Below are positions 28,333-37,434 of a stretch of 64,000 bases of DNA, one piece after another (positions within the stretch are counted from its first letter, which is position 1; the number at the start of each line of letters is the position of its first letter). Origin of the DNA: Candidatus Woesebacteria bacterium RIFCSPHIGHO2_02_FULL_42_20 (lineage in GTDB: Bacteria > Patescibacteriota > Microgenomatia > UBA8517); NCBI GenBank assembly GCA_001792535.1, contig MGGS01000002.1, positions 7,155 through 71,154 of the forward strand. The letters run 5' to 3'. Both the position numbers and the translations under genes were made by a program. A model generated the notes under the pieces. That model was not told where the DNA came from. It did no database searches and saw only the letters and a program-made list of their open reading frames with translations.

Positions 28333-28794
28333 TTAGTTAATCGACAATATCTCATATACTACCTTGCCTGCCGGTGCTTCGACTTCCACCTTATCCCCCT
28401 TCTTTTTATTCAATAATGCTTGCCCCAAAGGCGACTCGATTGAAATCTTGCTTTTTACAGGGTCTGCTTCCCACTCGCCAACCAAATGGTATATCGTTTG
28501 GTTGCTGTCGTATTTGACACTTACTTTTGCCCCCAGACCGACCTTTCCATGACCGTTTGAAGCCTTTGCAACAACCGCGTTTTTAAGGACAGTCTCGACC
28601 TCTGCGATTCTACCGTCCAAAAACTCGAGCTCGTCTTTTGCATTATAGTAATCGCTGTTTTCTGCAAGATCTCCTTCACTTCGGGCACGCGAAAGCCGCT
28701 CGACTAATTTAGGACGCTTAATGTTCACTAATTCGTCGAGTTCTTGTTTTAAAGACTCAAAACCTTCTTTTGTTACTTGTATTTGTTTGTCCAT
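28333..28794 (-). CDS. greA: Transcription elongation factor GreA
   Basis: GDLAENSDY, ISIESPLGQALL, VEAPAG. Confidence 0.98.
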   Translation of the reverse strand: MDKQIQVTKEGFESLKQELDELVNIKRPKLVERLSRARSEGDLAENSDYYNAKDELEFLDGRIAEVETVLKNAVVAKASNGHGKVGLGAKVSVKYDSNQTIYHLVGEWEADPVKSKISIESPLGQALLNKKKGDKVEVEAPAGKVVYEILSIN

Positions 28795-28803
28795 ATTTAC
28801 TCC

Positions 28804-28913
28804 AAAAAATTATCCCTCATCGTTTCGGCTTGTGGAAATATACACGTGGGAATATTTCCAACAGCTAAATGACCTTATTGCAAAAGGTTTGAAAAGCCAA
28901 AACGTATGAAGGA
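28804..28913 (-). promoter_or_regulatory. Structured 5' leader of greA (three-way junction plus U-tract)
   Basis: 19-bp closing stem with two G-U pairs on the minus strand and two inner hairpins; promoter TTGACA(28968-28963)-17-TAGCAT(28945-28940). Confidence 0.65.
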
Positions 28914-29086
28914 GTCCCAACCATGTTAATTACTGGAATATGCTATACCCGGCGGTAACTTTTGTCAATGACCCGTTGTATTTTCCGTTACTCGGGAATT
29001 GTTTGAATCAAATGTCCCCGAAAGACTTTCCCGGGAACAGAAGAATCTTCTTGAGGAATTTAAAGGAGTGGGGTTATAATAGCAAT

Positions 29087-30055
29087 ATGCCGGATTATGA
29101 ACCGGGTGCACAACAGATAGAAGTTGACCTTTCGGGCAAAAGCGAATTTGCTCGTCTGTTGCATGAGAAAGCAAACACCCCCCCCGAAACTCCGTTGAAT
29201 GAAATTGCCGCCAATGGATATGAAGTTTGGTATTCTTTACTTGAGAGCACTAGAGCTTCGCCTCGTGATTTACGGGACTTTTTGGTTTGGAATGTGGACT
29301 GGTTGCAGAGAGAATCTGATGATGGAGCAAAAAATCTTGTGGAAGTGCAGCTTAAGGCGATAGCCGGACTTGACGGCGATGACACGTATGTTACTGATGT
29401 TGTATCCATGCTGGATAGCTCAGTTAGAACTAATGAAAGAGCAGCGGCATATGATCAGGAAATGATAGATGCGCAGGATGCCTCACTTTTGAAAAGATTG
29501 GCAAATAAACTTGGCATTTCGACAGAAAAGGATCGCTTGATGCAGGTTAAAGGAAAAAACTCAAAGAGGGCAGTGGGTCATAAAGTTTTATTGAGGCAAT
29601 ATTTGGATGACGAACTAACTAAAAGAATTGTTACTCATCAGCCTGGTTACGACGAGGTTGCCCGGCCGTGGAATGAGCTACCCAGAGCTGAACCAGTAGT
29701 TCAACCCACCGATGTTGTGGATATTCAAGTGCTAATGCTTAGCGGACCTGATAAAAGACTGGGCCATCTTGAATTTTATCTCGAGAAAGCAGCTGAAGCT
29801 TTTTCACAACTGGGTATTGATGTGGATGAGGTGCCTTATCAAGTAGCCTTGCTTGACCTTAGAGTCTCTGGTGGCAAAAAGGGGTTCGCAAGACAGTTTG
29901 TCGAGGCTCAAGTCGGGGAGAGAATAAACGGTTCATTGCGAGCAAAAGATCAAAAGGGTCGTGAAAGTCAATATAATCAAGCTTCAAACTGGCAGCAGTT
30001 TGCAGATCTGCTTCCTCCAGCTCCAACAAGCGACTTCGGCACTGCGTTTAGTTGA
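29087..30055 (+). CDS. Orphan helical hypothetical protein
   Basis: Long ORF; start reassigned to ATG 29087, with TATAAT 6 nt upstream. Confidence 0.7.
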   Translation: MPDYEPGAQQIEVDLSGKSEFARLLHEKANTPPETPLNEIAANGYEVWYSLLESTRASPRDLRDFLVWNVDWLQRESDDGAKNLVEVQLKAIAGLDGDDTYVTDVVSMLDSSVRTNERAAAYDQEMIDAQDASLLKRLANKLGISTEKDRLMQVKGKNSKRAVGHKVLLRQYLDDELTKRIVTHQPGYDEVARPWNELPRAEPVVQPTDVVDIQVLMLSGPDKRLGHLEFYLEKAAEAFSQLGIDVDEVPYQVALLDLRVSGGKKGFARQFVEAQVGERINGSLRAKDQKGRESQYNQASNWQQFADLLPPAPTSDFGTAFS

Positions 30056-30316
30056 TTAAAACTTGTATATTCCGCCTCTGTAGCCAACTTTTCGGATCCA
30101 AATTTCATTTTTAGTTTTGTCGGCTTCAAATAATGCTCTAATTCTGCCCGATCTCAATCTGAAGAAGCTATTTACGCCGGAAATTGGCTTTATATCCAAA
30201 TTATTTGGGAAAGGGTAAGTCAGTTTAGAAACTTTTTGGAGTGTGTTTTTAACGTCTTTTTTTGCAATTTTTTCTAAATCTTTTTCTGCTTTTGAAGTAA
30301 AGAAGACGCTATACAT
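30056..30316 (-). CDS. RelE/ParE-family toxin
   Basis: YSVFFTSKAEKDLEKI...FRLRSGRIRALF...KVGYRGGIY. Confidence 0.88.
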   Translation of the reverse strand: MYSVFFTSKAEKDLEKIAKKDVKNTLQKVSKLTYPFPNNLDIKPISGVNSFFRLRSGRIRALFEADKTKNEIWIRKVGYRGGIYKF

Positions 30317-30575
30317 ACTTTTTGAGTATCTTCTCTAGTGGAATTCCCTTTCCTCTTTTCACTTTAAACAACTTTTCTGCCTCACTCTGATCTCTACGGT
30401 CCTCGAGCAGCTCCTGTAGGAGTATAAACTCGTTGAGATTAAGAATAACAGCTTTTGGTTTAGATCTGTGGAAAATATAAGCCAAGCCTTCATTTTCGAC
30501 CTGCTTTAAGAGTCCAAGCGCGTTCTCGCGCATATCGGTTATAGTTTTGACATTCTTTAATGTTGGTATTAACAT
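30309..30575 (-). CDS. Phd/YefM-family antitoxin
   Basis: VKTITDMRENA...IFHRSKPKAVIL...LLED; promoter TTGACA-17-TATATT-6-ATG. Confidence 0.85.
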   Translation of the reverse strand: MLIPTLKNVKTITDMRENALGLLKQVENEGLAYIFHRSKPKAVILNLNEFILLQELLEDRRDQSEAEKLFKVKRGKGIPLEKILKKYV

Positions 30576-30614
30576 AAGATTAATATAGAGAAATATCTAA
30601 GGTTTGTCAAGACA

Positions 30615-30693
30615 TTGACTTAAGATAAATTTAGACCTAAACTATAGCAGGTTAAAAAGGTTGTTGTGATTGGTGGGGTGACCCACCATTTTT
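30615..30693 (+). promoter_or_regulatory. nusA promoter and leader terminator hairpin (rimP-leader-like)
   Basis: TTGACT-17-TAAACT; TGGTGGG-GTGA-CCCACCA-TTTTT at 30671-30693. Confidence 0.7.
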
Positions 30694-30712
30694 AATAAAT
30701 AAGCTAAAAATT

Positions 30713-31744
30713 ATGGTAGCGCAGACGGCCAGAACAGAATTTGCACAAGCTCTCAAAGCAGTTGCTACGGAGCGGGGGCTTGATGTGGACGTTATTCTCG
30801 ACACTATCAAGCAGGCAATTATAGCAGCGTATAAAAGAGACGCCCGTGACCGCGGTGAGGAGGTTGAAGAACTTGTTTATGAAGTGGAACTTGATCCGGT
30901 TTCCGGCGAAGCCAAAATTTTTTCGTTTGAAGAAGGCAAGGAAAAGAAGAAAAAAGACATTACCCCTCCCGGTTTTGGCCGAATAGCTGCCCAGACTGCG
31001 AAACAGGTTATTCACCAAAAAATTCGCGAGGCGGAAAAGGACGCTGTCTTAGGGGAATTTTCCGATAGGATGGGGTCACTCGTGTCGGGTATGATACTTC
31101 GCTTTGACGGGCCAAATGTGCGGATCGACTTGGGTAGAACAGAAGCTTTAATGCCCGCCGAGGAGAGGATCCCTAATGAGCGGCTTTCATTGAGCCAAAG
31201 GCTTACATTCCTTCTGAAAAATATTGTCGAAGGCCCGAGAGGAAAAGACGTGATATTGTCTCGATCCGACCCTGAGTTTGTTAAACGGCTTTTTAGCCGT
31301 GAGGTCCCGGAACTTTCAAATGGAAGCATTGAAGTGAAAGAGATTGTTAGAGAGGCTGGGGTGAGGACAAAAATTGCCGTTGTGTCGAGTCAGTCGGGAG
31401 TAGATCCGGTGGGTTCGTGTGTCGGCCAAAAAGGTGTCCGCGTGCAGGCCGTAACAAATGAGCTGGGAGGAGAAAGGGTAGATATCATTCCTTGGACTGA
31501 CAACATAAAAGACTTGATTAAATCGGCGCTGGCTCCCGCCGAGATAGATTCAATTACGATTACAAAAACGACAGCTACCGCAAAAGTGACTGTCCCCGAA
31601 GACCAGTTGTCAATTGCTATCGGTAAAGACGGTCAAAATGTGCGTCTTGCAAGTAAGCTTGTCGGGGTTAAAATCGATGTTGTATCCTCTGGTAAAAGTT
31701 CAGATAAGCTTGACCAAGGGAAAAAAGAAGTAAAGAAGTCCTAG
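30713..31744 (+). CDS. nusA: Transcription termination factor NusA
   Basis: FGRIAAQTAKQVI, REAGVRTKIAV, DPVGSCVG, AIGKDGQNVRLAS. Confidence 0.98.
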   Translation: MVAQTARTEFAQALKAVATERGLDVDVILDTIKQAIIAAYKRDARDRGEEVEELVYEVELDPVSGEAKIFSFEEGKEKKKKDITPPGFGRIAAQTAKQVIHQKIREAEKDAVLGEFSDRMGSLVSGMILRFDGPNVRIDLGRTEALMPAEERIPNERLSLSQRLTFLLKNIVEGPRGKDVILSRSDPEFVKRLFSREVPELSNGSIEVKEIVREAGVRTKIAVVSSQSGVDPVGSCVGQKGVRVQAVTNELGGERVDIIPWTDNIKDLIKSALAPAEIDSITITKTTATAKVTVPEDQLSIAIGKDGQNVRLASKLVGVKIDVVSSGKSSDKLDQGKKEVKKS

Positions 31745-31779
31745 ATCAAAAATGTATCTAGATAACGTCTTTTATTATT

Positions 31780-33153
31780 ATGAAGAAACCAAGGCCGCCA
31801 GTTGTGACTGTTCTGGGCCATGTGGATCACGGCAAGACAACCCTTCTTGATTATATCAGGAAATCTTCTGTGGCTAAAAAGGAGGCAGGTGGGATTACCC
31901 AGACCATCGGTGCTTCGGTAATTAAAACGGATGGTAAGGAAATTACTTTTATAGACACGCCCGGTCACGCAGCATTTTCGCAGATGAGAGCCCGAGGGGC
32001 GCGTCTTGCCGATCTTGTTGTCCTTGTCGTTGCTGCCGACGACGGAGTTAAGCCTCAAACTATAGAAGCCCTGAAATACATGATGGAGGTAAATTCACCA
32101 TTTGTAGTGGCTTTTACAAAGGTAGACTTGCCGTCGGCAGACGTGGAGAAGGCCAAAGGCGAACTTGAAAAACTTGGAGTGCTTTTTGAAGGTCGCGGTG
32201 GAAACACTCCTTTTGTGGCAGTTTCGGCGAAAGCGGGAACCGGTGTGGGGGACCTTTTGGAAACAATTGTCCTCATGGCGCAGGTTATAGGGATCTCCGG
32301 GGATCTAGATGCTAATCTGGAAGCTTTTGTTATCGAAACACAAAGAGGTAAGTCGGGAGTGCTGGTTTCGGTAATTGTTAAAAATGGGAAGGTAAAAGTA
32401 GCGGATACTGTTTACTGTGGTACGCTTGCAGCCAAAGTGCGGGGCTTGTTTGATTTTCAAGGTAAAAGTATCAAAGAAAGCTTTCCCGGCTACCCCTGCC
32501 AGATATTAGGTTTTTCTGCTCTTGCGGGTGTGGGAAGCAAGATTAGTGATCAGCCAAGCTTTGTTGTAGAGCAAAAGATTGCTGTTGATGAATACGGTGG
32601 GGGAGGTTTACCGGTTGTACTCAAGGCAAGTAACAGCGGCTCACTGGAGGCTGTTTCAGCCAGTATACCCGAAGGCGTGAATATTGTGGCTAAAAGTGTT
32701 GGCAATGTGACTCAAAGTGATGTTTTTCTTGCCAAAAATTCGAATGCGAACATTTATGCTTTTGAATCGAAAGCAAATTCGGACGTAAAAAGGCTGTCCG
32801 AGACAGAAGGGGTTAAAATTTTTGAATTCAAGATCATCTATGAGCTTTTTGATGCACTGACCAAAATTATCGAAGAAGGGGTCGAGAAGATTTTGGGTAA
32901 AGCACAGGTTTTGGCGAGTTTCCCGTATGAAAAAAGGAAAGTCGCTGGTTGCAAGATGATTGAGGGCATGATAAATAGGTCGAGTAAATTAAAACTCGTT
33001 CGGGGGGAAGACTCTGTCGGCAGCGTGAAACCAATTTCCCTTAAGAAAGGCAAATCGGACGTGAATGAAGTTAGGCAGGGTGAGGAATTTGGGATAATTT
33101 TTGAGCCACAACTTGAATTTAAAAGTGGCGATGTGTTACTATCGGTGCAATAA
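31780..33153 (+). CDS. infB: Translation initiation factor IF-2, minimal form lacking the N-terminal domain
   Basis: RPPVVTVLGHVDHGKT, EAGGITQ, DTPGHAAF, EVRQGEEFGI. Confidence 0.95.
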   Translation: MKKPRPPVVTVLGHVDHGKTTLLDYIRKSSVAKKEAGGITQTIGASVIKTDGKEITFIDTPGHAAFSQMRARGARLADLVVLVVAADDGVKPQTIEALKYMMEVNSPFVVAFTKVDLPSADVEKAKGELEKLGVLFEGRGGNTPFVAVSAKAGTGVGDLLETIVLMAQVIGISGDLDANLEAFVIETQRGKSGVLVSVIVKNGKVKVADTVYCGTLAAKVRGLFDFQGKSIKESFPGYPCQILGFSALAGVGSKISDQPSFVVEQKIAVDEYGGGGLPVVLKASNSGSLEAVSASIPEGVNIVAKSVGNVTQSDVFLAKNSNANIYAFESKANSDVKRLSETEGVKIFEFKIIYELFDALTKIIEEGVEKILGKAQVLASFPYEKRKVAGCKMIEGMINRSSKLKLVRGEDSVGSVKPISLKKGKSDVNEVRQGEEFGIIFEPQLEFKSGDVLLSVQ

Positions 33154-33155
33154 CT

Positions 33156-34010
33156 ATGGGTGACCAGCTTAAACCTATAATTGATGACAGCAGATCTATT
33201 TTGTTGCTACTGCCGGTAAATCCCACATTTGATCAGGTGGCCGGAGGGCTCGGGATGTACCTTTCGCTGAAGGGTTCAAAGGAAGTAAGTATTGCCTGCG
33301 AGTCGCCAATGACAGTTGAACACAACCGTCTGGTGGGAGTCAATAAGATATCGTCCGAAATTGGCGACAAAAACTTGGTAATCAGATTCAAAAATTATCA
33401 TGCAAATAATATAGAGCGGGTTAGTTATGATATTGAAAACGGTGAATTTCGTTTGACAGTGATCCCGAAGCCTAAAAACGCCGCGCCCATGCGGGAGCAC
33501 GTGCATTTGAATTACTCCGGAGTAGCTGCATCGACTATGCTTTTGGTTGGTGGCAGCCACGAAGATCAATTTCCGATGCTTAAAGCTTCTGAAGTAACAG
33601 GATTGAAAAAAGTTCACATAGGTGTGCGAAGCATTAGTCTGACTGGGAGCCAAAATATACTGTCTTTGGCGAGGGTTGCCTCAAGTGTTTCGGAACTCAT
33701 TGCTCGCTTACTTCGAGAGTCGGGCTTTAGCATCGACGCCGATGTCGCGACAAACTTGCTTATGGGAATTGAAGAGGAGACCAGAAACTTTACCACTCCC
33801 GAGGTTAGCGCGGAGACATTTGAAGTTGTTTCCGTGTTAATGAGATCGGGTGGCGCGAGGAAACCTAAAAATCTTCCGGATGCGAGATTCTTCCCACCGG
33901 GTGCAATTCCGGGCGAAAAACTTCACCCGGTTGAAGAAGTGGAAAAAAATGAGATCCCCAAAGCTTGGATGGAAAAACCGCCGGTTTATAAAGGTACAAG
34001 TATTAGTTGA
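33156..34010 (+). CDS. Degenerate DHH-family (NrnA-like) protein
   Basis: NPTFDQVAG, SSVSELI, ATNLLMGIEEETRNF follow the DHH scaffold, but no DHH triad is present. Confidence 0.65.
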   Translation: MGDQLKPIIDDSRSILLLLPVNPTFDQVAGGLGMYLSLKGSKEVSIACESPMTVEHNRLVGVNKISSEIGDKNLVIRFKNYHANNIERVSYDIENGEFRLTVIPKPKNAAPMREHVHLNYSGVAASTMLLVGGSHEDQFPMLKASEVTGLKKVHIGVRSISLTGSQNILSLARVASSVSELIARLLRESGFSIDADVATNLLMGIEEETRNFTTPEVSAETFEVVSVLMRSGGARKPKNLPDARFFPPGAIPGEKLHPVEEVEKNEIPKAWMEKPPVYKGTSIS

Positions 34011-34028
34011 GTCAGTTAAAGTAGAAAT

Positions 34029-34361
34029 TTATAAAAGAGCCGATAATTTTCTTGGGTCTTTCAAATTGTCACAGTAACTTTCATAACGCTTTCTTGTTTC
34101 GTCGCTTTTTTCAATAATCTTGCTAGCCATGTCAGCAACCTTGTCTCTTCTTTGTTTTAAAGCATGTATTTCTTGAACATTGAAAACTTTATATTCGGTT
34201 TTATTTGAGACTTGATCCAGTAAGAAATTGAAAGAGCGCTCTGCAGTACGAAGTTGGGCAACGAATTTTGGGTCTGTCGAACCCTCGGCCCTGCTTACCA
34301 ACTCTTCGAGAAGAGATATGTAACTTTCTAAAAATTTGCGATGGGTTTCTAACTTGTCCAT
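34029..34361 (-). CDS. Hypothetical helical protein
   Basis: 110-aa ORF with TATAAT 11 nt upstream. Confidence 0.55.
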   Translation of the reverse strand: MDKLETHRKFLESYISLLEELVSRAEGSTDPKFVAQLRTAERSFNFLLDQVSNKTEYKVFNVQEIHALKQRRDKVADMASKIIEKSDETRKRYESYCDNLKDPRKLSALL

Positions 34362-34373
34362 GTATCAATATTA

Positions 34374-35483
34374 TTATACTACATTTACTCTTTGCTTTAT
34401 TTCCTTGCCTGGCAATCGTGATACCAGTATTGCTTGACCCTTTTTCAACTTTGGAAGCTGTTTTGCCAATCCTTTGTAATTGAAATATCCTTCAAGGAAA
34501 TCAGCATCATAGTCATTGGTCTTAAAAAGGATCAATGCTGCAGTATTGCCCAGAATAGCATCAATTTCATCTCTGTTGATCTGCTGGAGGTATTCAAGAG
34601 TTGGAATAATTGTAATCTTTAATGGTCTGGATTCCATCATCAAGGAAGAGAAAGTTCTTGATGATATGTTCTGAAGCCCGTTTATGTATATGACATAGTT
34701 TTTGCCGGGTTGCCTGGTTCGCAGTGTTAGAAGAACAGCCAGCATAAACAAGTTTCCTAAAATAATTGATACCTCTTCATCGGTTTTTTGTTTCGAAAAA
34801 TCCAAAATCAGAGACCTCCCTTTTTTGAAAGTGTCTCGAACTGATTTTTTATAAGGATATGTCAATAATTTTTTGATATATGGGCTGTCGACTTTTTTGA
34901 ACATCTTTTCCTCCACGTAGTTTAGGTAGTCAATATGGAACTCCCCGCCAGTTCTTTCCTGCAGTAGTTTCTCAAGCGCTTCCTTATAATGTTTTAATTT
35001 AGGACTGTCTAGGTATTTTCTGACTTCCTTACCACCATTATCCAAGTCATAAAGTAGCCAAAAGGCTTTATAAAGATCAAACTTGCCCACCTCCACCAAT
35101 GTGCGCGTTATCACGTCAATGCCTTTTTCGCACTTCGGACCAACCAACCCTTTCTTCTCCGGATCCAGCAGTTTGTTGACCAACTCAATAATCCCCAAAA
35201 CCAGATCGTATACATTGCCTTCCAAGACGTTTTTATCTAAGTAAAATGAAACACTTTTTTCTAAATCTTCTGCGTAATACTTGTCGTAATTGGAGAGTTT
35301 CATTGAATGCTCTGTTTTTTCGGAAAGGTTTCCGTCAAAGTCAAAGAGTATAAAAGGCTCTTTGACTTTAATGTTGGAGTTTATTAATTTACCCAGAAGA
35401 TTTGATTTACCCGTTCCCGAAATTCCAAGGAGAAGTACATTTCTTTCCTGGACATTTCTAATTTGATCAAGGTACTTGCTCAC
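34374..35483 (-). CDS. VirD4/TrwB/HerA-like P-loop ATPase with a degenerate Walker B
   Basis: VLLLGISGTGKS, ILFDFDG, YVIYINGLQN, ESRPLKI...YLQQI...AILGNTAALILF...DADFL. GTG 35483 is favoured as start (TTGAAT-17-TATAAA-9-GTG). Confidence 0.75.
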   Translation of the reverse strand: MSKYLDQIRNVQERNVLLLGISGTGKSNLLGKLINSNIKVKEPFILFDFDGNLSEKTEHSMKLSNYDKYYAEDLEKSVSFYLDKNVLEGNVYDLVLGIIELVNKLLDPEKKGLVGPKCEKGIDVITRTLVEVGKFDLYKAFWLLYDLDNGGKEVRKYLDSPKLKHYKEALEKLLQERTGGEFHIDYLNYVEEKMFKKVDSPYIKKLLTYPYKKSVRDTFKKGRSLILDFSKQKTDEEVSIILGNLFMLAVLLTLRTRQPGKNYVIYINGLQNISSRTFSSLMMESRPLKITIIPTLEYLQQINRDEIDAILGNTAALILFKTNDYDADFLEGYFNYKGLAKQLPKLKKGQAILVSRLPGKEIKQRVNVV

Positions 35484-35538
35484 CTTAGTTGTTTTATAAC
35501 GCAACCAGTGAAATAATTCAATGAGGAGGTGAAAGTCG

Positions 35539-35802
35539 ATGGAAGGAGGAGACGCAGGCGTTAAGGAAGGTTTGGGAGAGGGTCAAGAAACTGGTAGTGA
35601 AGCTCAAGCGACGGCCGATGCTGGAGCGAGATTGAGAAATGCCACGGATTTTGACCCTAGTCATGCACCAGCGCAGCCAGTTAAACCGGATCTCGATGCC
35701 ACTATTAGAGCTGGCAGAACACCTGCTGAAACTAGCAGGCTACAACAACTTTCTCAAACTCTTAAAAGTTTGGTTCAGGGAAATAGGAGTCAGAATTTAT
35801 AA
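35539..35802 (+). CDS. Small hypothetical protein
   Basis: Strong SD (GAGGAGGT) before the ATG. Confidence 0.6.
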   Translation: MEGGDAGVKEGLGEGQETGSEAQATADAGARLRNATDFDPSHAPAQPVKPDLDATIRAGRTPAETSRLQQLSQTLKSLVQGNRSQNL

Positions 35803-36266
35803 ACAACTCGCATTTGGTGGGCTGGAGCGTCTTCGGCTTGTGAACCGACAATATTTCTTAAGCCCTTCCTAGCCGGATTCGGCCCGGGTTCTCGGTCGCT
35901 GTTTTCAGCTTCAATTGTCCCGTGATTTTGTAGTGCAAGCGTGGTTATTTCACCCGAAGCTTCCGTAATCAGATTAGAATCATCTCCATGAAGCCGCGTT
36001 TCCCTGCGTGCTATTCCCGCCATCTTATCTCTTAGAACACCTTTAAGTATTTCTTCGCTTGCCCTTGCACCGGCAATGTCACCTTCTTTGAATTCGTCTT
36101 CTTGGATATCTAGGTGTAATTGGTAGTCATCAGGGTCGATAACTAGTATGTCAACTCCTTGCTCTTGCCACTTTGGTTTGATTGCGAACACGGCATTTTC
36201 AAAGGTTTCTGCATTTTGTTCACCTTCGACATGAGGCAGGCTGAATTCTCCCGAGACTAGATTCAT
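35790..36266 (-). CDS. Acidic hypothetical protein
   Basis: ATGA overlap with the upstream ORF; 158 aa. Confidence 0.6.
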   Translation of the reverse strand: MNLVSGEFSLPHVEGEQNAETFENAVFAIKPKWQEQGVDILVIDPDDYQLHLDIQEDEFKEGDIAGARASEEILKGVLRDKMAGIARRETRLHGDDSNLITEASGEITTLALQNHGTIEAENSDREPGPNPARKGLRNIVGSQAEDAPAHQMRVVYKF

Positions 36267-37039
36267 TTCAATGTGGATTTTAAATTATTGAGTCCTTGAA
36301 TTCTGCCGTCAAGAGTCGCCACTTTTTGCAAAATTACACCCCTTTCTGTTTTTGCCAGATCAGATTTTGCATGGAGAAGATCCATATTAATTTGTTGCAA
36401 TTGAAGCGGGTCAGTAGTAACTTGTCTGGAGCCTTGAAGTGTTCTAATGTCAGATTTAAGTTTTTGATATTCATCGTCTCCGGGTAATTGACCTATCGGC
36501 TTTAACTTGGCTTTGGTACCCGCGAGACTTTGACCTTCTTCGGCAATATCTCTATCAATCTCTTGCCTTACTTGTGCAGCATTTCCCATATTATAATTTG
36601 CTATCAAATTAGTAATTCGCGTGAGTTCATTTGGATTCGTATCCATTTCTGAAATAGCGGCGAGACGTTTTCCTTCAAGATAACTAGCGGCAGTAGAAAT
36701 GTCACCTATGCGTTTAAGTTCTGCTGGTGCAGACCGAGTAACGCCCGGCGTTGCTGCTTGTTTGATTTCAACTGTTACCCTATTTCCTTGTTCATCATAG
36801 TAATACCCTTGCCCTTTTCTTTCATTGTCTTGGAAAGGAACAACACTTATTTGTTTACCGTCAATGTTCATTGTTACTTTTTCGGAAGGAGGCTGGGCTG
36901 TTGGCGAATGCAAAACACCTGTTTCAGGTATTGAGCTTGGAGCGTTTACTACCCTTATTTGACCGCCTCCGGCCTCGACAGTTGTCGGTTGAGGTGGGGT
37001 TTGTGTAGGATCCCAGTCCTGACCAGTGTCTAGCGGCAT
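36263..37039 (-). CDS. Hypothetical protein with Pro/Gln/Thr-rich N-terminus and coiled-coil C-terminus
   Basis: Start reassigned to ATG 37039 (MPLDTG), with TATACT 13 nt upstream. Confidence 0.65.
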   Translation of the reverse strand: MPLDTGQDWDPTQTPPQPTTVEAGGGQIRVVNAPSSIPETGVLHSPTAQPPSEKVTMNIDGKQISVVPFQDNERKGQGYYYDEQGNRVTVEIKQAATPGVTRSAPAELKRIGDISTAASYLEGKRLAAISEMDTNPNELTRITNLIANYNMGNAAQVRQEIDRDIAEEGQSLAGTKAKLKPIGQLPGDDEYQKLKSDIRTLQGSRQVTTDPLQLQQINMDLLHAKSDLAKTERGVILQKVATLDGRIQGLNNLKSTLK

Positions 37040-37158
37040 ACTTGTCACTAAAAGTATAGCTGTTTTGTATTTCAAAGTAAAGTGTGTTATTATTCCTAAC
37101 TAAGTACTACTAGGTTTACTGACTGTCCGGCTGTTTACTTGGTAGAAACACTTTAAAC

Positions 37159-37425
37159 ATGGCATTATCGAAGGACGAAAAGCTTGATATAATCAAAAAG
37201 TTCGCTATTGAAAAAGGCGACACCGGTTCTCCTGAGGTTCAGGTGGCGCTACTGTCCGCTTCGATAGACAAACTAGCGAAGCATTTGAAAGATCACTCAA
37301 AAGATGTACACTCTAGGAGAGGATTGTTGTCGATGGTTGCCAAAAGAAGGAGGCTTCTAAACTACCTTCTAAAAAAAGACGAAGCTCGCTACAAAGAGCT
37401 TACACGGAAGCTTAGCTTAAAATAA
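37159..37425 (+). CDS. rpsO: 30S ribosomal protein S15
   Basis: [12 protein letters not shown]...[10 protein letters not shown]. Confidence 0.98.
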   Translation: MALSKDEKLDIIKKFAIEKGDTGSPEVQVALLSASIDKLAKHLKDHSKDVHSRRGLLSMVAKRRRLLNYLLKKDEARYKELTRKLSLK

Positions 37426-37434
37426 AAGTTAGTA

